Source: an uncultured Alphaproteobacteria bacterium
GTDB lineage: Bacteria > Pseudomonadota > Alphaproteobacteria > Rhizobiales > Devosiaceae
Direction of reading: 5' to 3'
Length of the DNA stretch: 64,000 nucleotides
NCBI GenBank assembly: GCA_963699295.1
Contig: OY969432.1
Coordinates: forward strand, 3,531,001 to 3,595,000
Positions within the stretch are counted from its first letter, which is position 1. Every line of letters starts with the position of its first letter. A program made the position numbers and the translations under genes. Below are positions 57,360 to 64,000 of the stretch, in pieces. The notes under the pieces were generated by a model. That model did not search any database, had not been told where the DNA came from, and saw only the letters and a list, made by a program, of their open reading frames with translations.

Positions 57360-59069
57360 TTAAATATCCAGGATCAGGCGAGGTGACTTGGCCCGCGATA
57401 CGCAGGTCATCATGCAGGTGTTCGACGCCTTCTCGGTGTCGTTGAGATAGACGTCCTGATGGTCGACCTCCCCTTCCATCACGGTGGTGAGGCAGGTGCC
57501 GCAGGCGCCCTGTTCGCAGGAGGATGGAACGGTCAGGCCCGCCTCGCGCATCACCTCGAGAATGGTCCTGCCGGCGGGAACCTGCAGGGTCATGGCCGAG
57601 CGGGCCAACTCGATCTCGAAGCTCGAGCTGTCGTCGATCACCTTGTCATTCTTGAAATATTCAAAATGGATCGCTTCATCCGGCCAACCCTGGGCGGTGG
57701 CGCTGGTGCGCACGGTTTCGAGCATCGGCCCGGGGCCGCAGACATAGACGTGCTGGGCCATGGAGTGGGGGCCAAGCAGGGTGGCGATGGTGGGCGCGAC
57801 ATCGGGCACGGCGACGCCAATATGGAAGATCACCTTGCCGCGCAGGGCGTTGAGCTGATCCTTGAACGCCACCTGCTGCTCGTCGCGCACGAAATAGTGC
57901 AGTTCGTAGGGCAGGCTGGACTGGTCGAGGAAGCGGGCCATCGACAGCAGCGGGGTGATGCCGATGCCACCGGCGATCAGCACTGTGCGGGTGGCGTCGC
58001 GGCGCAGGGGGAAGTTGTTGCGCGGCTCGGAAATGGTGAGCAGGTCGTTTTCGCGCACGCTTTCCACGAGCACCTTGGAGCCGCCCGTCGAGGCGTTTTC
58101 CTGCTTGACGCCAATGATATAGCTCAGCAGCTCGCCGGGGCCATTGGTGATGGAATATTGACGGATCAGGCCGTTGGGCAGGTGCACGTCGATATGCGCG
58201 CCGGGCTGGAAAGTGGGCAGATGGCCATCGCGGGCGGCCAGCTCGAAGCCCACCACGCCATCGGCGGTCTGCCATTTGCGCTTGACCAGGACGGTCAGCG
58301 TATTGCCGCGCGGAATGGCAATATCGGGCATGGTGGAGAGTTCGACCGACACCTTGTCGAAGCTGGGCTCCAGCGGAGCGGGAGGGAGCTTTTTGGCGGC
58401 GGCGCGCTCGACCTGCTCGCGCAGCTTGGTCAGGGTATCGTTATAGGCGCGCAAGGTTGCGAGCGGTTCGTCCGGGATGCCGGCGAACAGGCCGCGGATT
58501 ACCGAGCGACCGGCATCGACGGGCTGCACGAAGAACCGCGCCAGGCCCAGCCGCACCGACAGGCCAGGCAGGATATCGGCGGGCTGATCATCGGGCGCCA
58601 GGCGCGCCAGTGCTGCGACCACATCGTCGGGCTCGGCATTGACCGGCAACGGGCGCAGGGGGAACCAGTCATTTGCCGCATCGGCGCCGGGGAACGAGGC
58701 GTAAGGTGTGTCATCGGTGGCGGCCGACCAGATCAGGCCGAACGCTTCGCGCACCGGATATTTCTTGTTCTCGATGCGGCGGGAGGGCGCGTCGGCGGGG
58801 TGGGCCGGAATATAGGTGCAGCCAGCCGAGCGGTTGGCATAGCGCCAGCCGTGATACTGGCATTTGAGTTCCTGGCCTTCATTGATGCCGATCGACAGGC
58901 GGACGCCGCGATGCAGGCAACGGTTTTCCCAGACGTTCACATTGCCATCATCGGCACGCCAGACCGCGAGTTCACGGCCCAGCAACTGCGCCTGGTAGAC
59001 GTGGCGGAACGGCAGGTCTTCGGCGCTGGCAATGGGATACCAGGTGGGGTCGGCGAGAGTCAGGGGCAT
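57360..59069 (-). CDS. Rieske [2Fe-2S] domain fused to FNR-type flavin reductase and plant-type [2Fe-2S] ferredoxin (NdmD-like)
   Basis: Rieske motif CLHRGVRLS...CQYHGWRY at the N-terminus. Flavin/NAD motifs RQYSITN and GGIGITPL. C-terminal CEQGACGTC...C ferredoxin. Confidence 0.85.
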   Translation of the reverse strand: MPLTLADPTWYPIASAEDLPFRHVYQAQLLGRELAVWRADDGNVNVWENRCLHRGVRLSIGINEGQELKCQYHGWRYANRSAGCTYIPAHPADAPSRRIENKKYPVREAFGLIWSAATDDTPYASFPGADAANDWFPLRPLPVNAEPDDVVAALARLAPDDQPADILPGLSVRLGLARFFVQPVDAGRSVIRGLFAGIPDEPLATLRAYNDTLTKLREQVERAAAKKLPPAPLEPSFDKVSVELSTMPDIAIPRGNTLTVLVKRKWQTADGVVGFELAARDGHLPTFQPGAHIDVHLPNGLIRQYSITNGPGELLSYIIGVKQENASTGGSKVLVESVRENDLLTISEPRNNFPLRRDATRTVLIAGGIGITPLLSMARFLDQSSLPYELHYFVRDEQQVAFKDQLNALRGKVIFHIGVAVPDVAPTIATLLGPHSMAQHVYVCGPGPMLETVRTSATAQGWPDEAIHFEYFKNDKVIDDSSSFEIELARSAMTLQVPAGRTILEVMREAGLTVPSSCEQGACGTCLTTVMEGEVDHQDVYLNDTEKASNTCMMTCVSRAKSPRLILDI

Positions 59070-59157
59070 AGGGTCATCCGAGACTGTAAAAAAGATCGCG
59101 CCACGATCGGATGAATCGGGGAAGCGCTGCCTTGGCGTACGAGGCGGCGCATGAACG

Positions 59158-60069
59158 TCAGCTGGCTTGCGGGATCACGCCGTAGGTGATGCCCTTCTGG
59201 CTGAGCCAGCGACGGTAGGCGATGGCCGATTTGTCGGCCCGGATCGGGGTTTCCGAACGCGGGTCGAGCGGCAGGCGCTTGGGGAACTGGTTTTCAAGGA
59301 TCGGCTTGTCCTGCCCGAAAATGGTCTGCTGGAAGCGGCGCAGGTCTTCGAGGCTGGAGGTGGAGTCGACCATCGACTGCATCAGGTGGGCGCGGCAGCG
59401 CTCCTGGGTCATCGGCTGCAGGAACAGCCCGATCACGTCCATGCGGCTTTCATCCTCGGGGCAGGATTTGTAGAGCACCGAGCAAAAGGGATGCGGCACG
59501 CGGTAGATATATTCCACCTCGATGGCGCCGGTGGCGGACATGGCGGCGCGCGGCTGGATGAACTTGCACTTGGTGGCCAGCACCTCGTCGCGTTCCTCGG
59601 AGACCTCGACGTCGTATTCCTTGACCTCGGTATGCGGCTCGGCGCCCAGAATGTCGGTGTGGACATAGGGGAAATGGCCCATGTCGAGAAAGTTCTCGAC
59701 GGCGCGCGGGGCCGACACATGCAGGCTGATGGAGCCGCAATTCATGTTCCGGCGGTCGGGTTCGGCAAACTCGGGGATCGGGAACAGATCGCTCGCAGGG
59801 GTGCCAAGGCACGTCCAGACATAGCCATAGGCGGTTTTGACCGGCAGGCGCTCGAGCACGGATTCAGGATCGATTTCATCCCCGTGCTGTTCGTTGGTGC
59901 GGCGCCACACGACGGGCAGGCCGGCCGTGTCGCGGGTCAGCGCAATAGGGGTATCCAGCAGCATGGTGGTGGTCACCTGGCCGACGGGAATTTCATCGGT
60001 GGCGGCGATCACGTGCCACAGATTGAGAATGACAGGATCGATAGCAGACATGGTAACGGTCATGGGCAC
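59158..60069 (-). CDS. Rieske-oxygenase catalytic (mononuclear non-heme iron) subunit lacking Rieske ligands (NdmC-like)
   Basis: Iron motif ENFLDMGHFPYVH. The N-terminal ~95 aa contain no CxH...CxxH (a single Cys). 303 aa. Confidence 0.75.
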   Translation of the reverse strand: MPMTVTMSAIDPVILNLWHVIAATDEIPVGQVTTTMLLDTPIALTRDTAGLPVVWRRTNEQHGDEIDPESVLERLPVKTAYGYVWTCLGTPASDLFPIPEFAEPDRRNMNCGSISLHVSAPRAVENFLDMGHFPYVHTDILGAEPHTEVKEYDVEVSEERDEVLATKCKFIQPRAAMSATGAIEVEYIYRVPHPFCSVLYKSCPEDESRMDVIGLFLQPMTQERCRAHLMQSMVDSTSSLEDLRRFQQTIFGQDKPILENQFPKRLPLDPRSETPIRADKSAIAYRRWLSQKGITYGVIPQAS

Positions 60070-60176
60070 CTCAGATTTGTGTTGACAGCATATCCATCTC
60101 GCGCCGGGACGGCAGCATGAATTTGCGCCCCCCGGGCTCCGGGGGTGGATAAAGGCCGGGCATGGTGGCGTTGTGG

Positions 60177-60839
60177 TCAGGCCAGGCCCCGCAGCATGGC
60201 TTCGCGGGTGGCCGCGGCGCGGCTGGTGACCGAGAGCTTCTGGTAGATGACCTTGACGTAGGAGGCTATCGTTTGGGGTTGCAGCCCCAATTGCCGCGCC
60301 ACTTCGGCAACGGTCATGCCGCGCGCCAGCAGGGCCAGCACCTCGGTTTCGCGCGGGCTGAGATCGCTTTCGGGCTCGCTCTTGGGGGGCGCATTGGTGC
60401 GGAAATGGCTCAGCATGCGGTGGGCGATGGAGGGCGAGAGTGGAGGCTCGCCGGCCTCGATGCGCAGCAGATAGCTGACCAGCAGATGGCTATCCTCGTC
60501 CTTGAGCACATAGCCGCGGGCGCCAGCTGAGATGGCTTCAAACAGATGCGCGTCATCATCGTAAATGGTGGCAACGACCGGCAGGACCGTGGGGAACTGG
60601 CTTTGCAGGCGCCGCACGATATCGATGCCGGAGCCGTCGGGCAGGCCGATGTCAATGATCGCCAGTCCCAGTTCCGCGCCGCGCTCGTCGAGCCAGGCAT
60701 GGGCCGCCTTGAGGGAGCCGACGGTTGCGACCTCCCGGGCGGGGAAGGCCGTCGACAGCACACCCAGCATCCAGTCGCGGGTTTGGGGTTGATCCTCGAT
60801 AAGCAGGCACAGGGGAGCTGGGGTGGACATTGGGATCAT
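60177..60839 (-). CDS. response regulator, NarL/FixJ (LuxR-type HTH) family
   Basis: REC domain (LLIEDQ...DIGLPDGSG) plus C-terminal LSPRETEVLALLARGMTVAEVARQLGLQPQTIASYVKVIYQKL. Confidence 0.9.
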   Translation of the reverse strand: MIPMSTPAPLCLLIEDQPQTRDWMLGVLSTAFPAREVATVGSLKAAHAWLDERGAELGLAIIDIGLPDGSGIDIVRRLQSQFPTVLPVVATIYDDDAHLFEAISAGARGYVLKDEDSHLLVSYLLRIEAGEPPLSPSIAHRMLSHFRTNAPPKSEPESDLSPRETEVLALLARGMTVAEVARQLGLQPQTIASYVKVIYQKLSVTSRAAATREAMLRGLA

Positions 60840-63076
60840 GCGCGTCTGGTCGCGGACAAGGGCTGGCCCAACGCGTCCGGTTTTGGCGGGCGTTCGGTGA
60901 GGACCAGGGGAATGTCGAGCGAGATGGTGGTGCCGGGAGTGGAATTGCCCAGCGACAGGGTGCCGCCCAGGTCTTCGATGCGATGCCGCAGATTGCGCAG
61001 GCCATAGCCCACCGACTGGCCGGCGATGGCGGTGGCGGGGAGGCCCGCGCCATCATCGGCAATGTCCAGGGCCAGCGAGCCGGCACTGATATCAAGGGTC
61101 ACCACGACGCGGGCGGCGCCGGAGTGGCGAATGATGTTTGAGATGATCTCGCGCACGGCCGAGGTCAGCGCCTTGTGCAGGCGATAATCGAGTTGCACCA
61201 TGGCCAGGTCTGGATCGGGCAGGGGCCAGTCCAGCGCGATATCTGCGGCTTCGAGCCGGCGCGCGGTTTCATAGCGGATTTCGGCGAGCACGCGATCGAG
61301 TGGCGCCTGTTCCCCCGACAAGCCGCTGACAATGGCGCGAATATCCATGAGGGCGGCTTGCAGCATGGGGCGGGTCGCGGGGTCGGCAGTATGCAGGCCC
61401 GAAAGCAGGCGGGCGCCCACATCGTCGTGCAGGTCGCGCGCCATGCGGCGGCGCTCTTCGCCGACCCCGCGGATATAGGCCTCGCGGCCATCTTCGGCGC
61501 GGGCCACCAGCGTCACCAGTTGATGGGCGAGCTGCTGGTGCGGTTGCGAGAACAGCCCGCGCCCGGCGAAGGGACAGGACAGATGCAGGGCCGGAGAACC
61601 CGCTACGGCGGGCACGTGCATGGATTGCCCGTCGCTGCTGATGCTGACCGCGGCGATATCGTCGGCTTCGCTCATCTTGATCGGATCAAACACCCGGCGC
61701 AGCAGCAATTGCCAGCGCGTGGTGCGTTCCGCCGCCGAGGGCGCAAAGGCAACGTCGATGGCGGCCGAGAACAGCTCGTGCTGCTTGATGTTGCGGTAGG
61801 TCGACATATTGCGGGCGGCAACGTCGCGCAGCGGCAGATACACAAAGCCGATGGTCAGGATCGACAATGCCAGGGCGGGCGCGCTGTCGATCGACAGGAG
61901 GGTCACGAGCAGCGCGTCGATGACCACGAGGAGCAGCGTGCCCAGCGTATAGAACAGCACGCGATAGGCCCAGTCCCCCATTTCGAACAGGCGGAACCGG
62001 TTGAGGCCCAGCGCCAGGCCCACATAGATCACGAGCAGCAAACCTATGGCGTGGCTCTGCGAGACGCCGAAAGACATGTCGAACAGGATCGGGGTAACCC
62101 CGATGACGATATAGGCGCTGCACCCCACCGTTACCGAAAGCGCCAGCCACCCCAGCGCCGCGCGATCGGCCGGATTGCGGCGCGTGACCACCCATTGGGC
62201 ACCGACGGTGGCTATAATGACCAGGGTGGCAATGCCGATAAAGCTCGTCACCTGATCGGGGGCGCCGGTCCAACCCGCCAGATTGCACAGCGTCAACGCG
62301 GCCAGCAGGACCGGCAGGATCCATAGCCAGACGGGGCGCACCATGCGGGTGGGGTAGACCAGAAACAGCCCGATCAGGGCGAGGTTGAACAGGGTCAGCC
62401 CGAAATTGTCGATCGCCAGCAGCGTGCGGAACATTTCAGCGGGCAGGGCTAGTCCGCGATTGGCAAAGATCGCCGAAGACGCCGTGGACAGCAGCAGGCC
62501 GATGGCGCTGGCCAGAAACAGCGACGGCGCCAGCGTGCGCGGCCTGGCCGACCACACCCATCCCGCGATCAGCACACAGCTCACCCCGGTGAGCAATTGC
62601 ACCCAGAACCCGCTGGGCAGGCTGAGCACGGGGCGGGGACGAGGGGAGACGGTCACAGCGGCGTCAACGCCCGCCGGCGGATCATGCAGGTAAAGCGTGA
62701 CGGGGCCGTGCAGCAGCGCGGAGATCGCCTCCTGTCGGCGCAGGAAATTGTCCAGAGCGGCCTGGGTACCAAGGGTTTCGGGGCTTTCCACAAGATCTTC
62801 GGGGAGCAGCCCAAACGGGGGCGGGCGCGCCTCGTTTGCCGTATTGGCAACGGGGCCAATGGCCAGGAGCCTCGTGCCCGCGAGCTGGCCGATGCCGGGT
62901 GACAGCCATTCTTCGGTGCCCCGGATGAGCACGCCGCCATGATCGTTGCTCGCCGCCAGTTGCAGCCCCAATTCGGGCTGCGACGTAGCGGCGGACATGA
63001 CCAGCCCTGATACAGCCAGACATAACAGTGTCAGCAGGACCATTAACAGGCCGGGGGATCTCCCGTTCAGCTTCAT
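60836..63076 (-). CDS. multi-TM sensor histidine kinase (HisKA_3 + HATPase_c)
   Basis: 746 aa: signal/TM, a periplasmic ~130-aa domain, about 8 TM helices, H-box RRRMARDLHDDVGARL, and C-terminal ATPase motifs (NIIRHSGA..., DDGAGL, GYGLRNLRHR). 4-nt overlap with the regulator. Confidence 0.85.
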   Translation of the reverse strand: MKLNGRSPGLLMVLLTLLCLAVSGLVMSAATSQPELGLQLAASNDHGGVLIRGTEEWLSPGIGQLAGTRLLAIGPVANTANEARPPPFGLLPEDLVESPETLGTQAALDNFLRRQEAISALLHGPVTLYLHDPPAGVDAAVTVSPRPRPVLSLPSGFWVQLLTGVSCVLIAGWVWSARPRTLAPSLFLASAIGLLLSTASSAIFANRGLALPAEMFRTLLAIDNFGLTLFNLALIGLFLVYPTRMVRPVWLWILPVLLAALTLCNLAGWTGAPDQVTSFIGIATLVIIATVGAQWVVTRRNPADRAALGWLALSVTVGCSAYIVIGVTPILFDMSFGVSQSHAIGLLLVIYVGLALGLNRFRLFEMGDWAYRVLFYTLGTLLLVVIDALLVTLLSIDSAPALALSILTIGFVYLPLRDVAARNMSTYRNIKQHELFSAAIDVAFAPSAAERTTRWQLLLRRVFDPIKMSEADDIAAVSISSDGQSMHVPAVAGSPALHLSCPFAGRGLFSQPHQQLAHQLVTLVARAEDGREAYIRGVGEERRRMARDLHDDVGARLLSGLHTADPATRPMLQAALMDIRAIVSGLSGEQAPLDRVLAEIRYETARRLEAADIALDWPLPDPDLAMVQLDYRLHKALTSAVREIISNIIRHSGAARVVVTLDISAGSLALDIADDGAGLPATAIAGQSVGYGLRNLRHRIEDLGGTLSLGNSTPGTTISLDIPLVLTERPPKPDALGQPLSATRRA

Positions 63077-63127
63077 GCGGCCATATGTATGCTCAGGCGC
63101 TTGCGGCGCAACACTATATTGGCAGCC

Positions 63128-63904
63128 TCAGCTGCCCCGGTAAATATCGAACGGGCCGAAAGCCTGCGTGGTTGCCATCAGCTGCAGGCGGTTGACGTTG
63201 ACATGGGCGGGCAGGGTCGTGGTCCAGAAGATGGTTTCGGCGATGTCGTCGGCATTCATCGGGGTGGTGCCGGCATAGGGCTGGGCGGCCTTGTCATCAT
63301 CGCCCTTGAACCGCACCAGCGAAAATTCGGTCTCGGTCAGGCCCGGCTCGATATTGGTGACGCGCACGTTCTTGCCCTGCACGTCCGAGCGCAGGTTGAG
63401 CGCGAACTGCTTCACGAAGGCCTTGGTCGCGCCATAGACCGAGCCGCCCGGATAGGCGTAGTCGCCCGCCACCGATCCGATGGTCACCACGTGGCCGCCG
63501 CCGCGCGCGATCAGCCCCGGCAGGAGCGCGCGCACCGTATAGGCCAGGCCCGTGACATTGGTGGCGATCATAGTTTCCCAGTCCGAGATTTCGGTTTCGG
63601 CGGCCGGCTGCAGGCCCAGCGCCAGCCCGGCATTGGCCAATACGATATTGACCGCATCAAAGGGGGCGGGGAGGCCGGCCACGGCGGCTTCGACGGCGGC
63701 GTTATCGCGCACGTCGAGCTGGATGATATGGCAATTGTCGGCGCCCAGCTGCTGCTGCAACTCCTCGAGCCGCTCCTTGCGACGGCCGGTGGCGATCACC
63801 TTGGCGCCCGCAGCCACATAGCGCCGCGCTGCCGCAGCGCCAAAACCGGACGTGGCGCCAGTGATGAAAACCACGAAGCTGGAGGGATCAAGCGTTTTGT
63901 ACAT
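63128..63904 (-). CDS. SDR-family NADP-dependent oxidoreductase (YdfG-like)
   Basis: TGATSGFG cofactor motif and YGATKAF catalytic motif; 258 aa. Confidence 0.85.
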   Translation of the reverse strand: MYKTLDPSSFVVFITGATSGFGAAAARRYVAAGAKVIATGRRKERLEELQQQLGADNCHIIQLDVRDNAAVEAAVAGLPAPFDAVNIVLANAGLALGLQPAAETEISDWETMIATNVTGLAYTVRALLPGLIARGGGHVVTIGSVAGDYAYPGGSVYGATKAFVKQFALNLRSDVQGKNVRVTNIEPGLTETEFSLVRFKGDDDKAAQPYAGTTPMNADDIAETIFWTTTLPAHVNVNRLQLMATTQAFGPFDIYRGS

Positions 63905-64000
63905 TTTGTATCCTGGGCCGTCAGAGGGCAGATGTAGTCAAACGCGTATCACGGCGCGACGGTTCATAAATCATACTATAATGCTGACCTGTGGTGGCAA

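Overview
High-GC, alphaproteobacterial-looking chromosomal segment (the proteins look Hyphomicrobiales/Rhizobiales-like; this is inference only, no search was possible). I can support about 60 genes. There is no rRNA, no intact tRNA and no CRISPR array.

Left to right:
(1) 1-10.5 kb: a hydroxyquinol/maleylacetate aromatic-catabolism locus with a Liv-type ABC importer and LysR and AraC regulators. It also holds an odd translationally coupled YciI-Rieske-CobS trio.
(2) 11-15 kb: a minus-strand metal/NO module, hupE/ureJ - rrf2 - cytochrome c-prime - His-rich P1B ATPase.
(3) 15.1-19.5 kb: an AT-rich boundary followed by a five-gene cluster of secreted and membrane proteins of unknown function.
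(4) 19.8-24.6 kb: LLM flavin oxidoreductase, a FecBCDE/BtuFCD-type ABC importer, and a CbiX::[2Fe-2S] ferredoxin fusion.
(5) 24.6-29.9 kb: a decayed integrative-element scar. It contains a truncated Mrr-like nuclease, a frameshifted and truncated tyrosine integrase, a 3' tRNA fragment and a 38-bp gene-fragment repeat. It encloses a p-cresol-methylhydroxylase-like flavocytochrome c.
(6) 29.8-40.6 kb: an arabinofuranosidase locus. Its four ABC permease/ATPase genes and the neighbouring MCP carry at least 11 single-base frameshifts.
(7) 40.8-50.4 kb: icd, a GntR regulator with a NitT/TauT ABC system and an FAH-family protein, a BASS transporter, and a PQQ sugar dehydrogenase.
(8) 50.9-56.7 kb: efp-epmA-epmB (both modifier genes frameshifted), small redox genes, and fabV.
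(9) 56.7-63.1 kb: the most interesting locus. It is a three-gene split Rieske oxygenase with the NdmC/NdmD/NdmE architecture, directly downstream of a two-component system.

All family calls rest on motifs I can read in the translations and on recollection of those families. None has been checked against a database.
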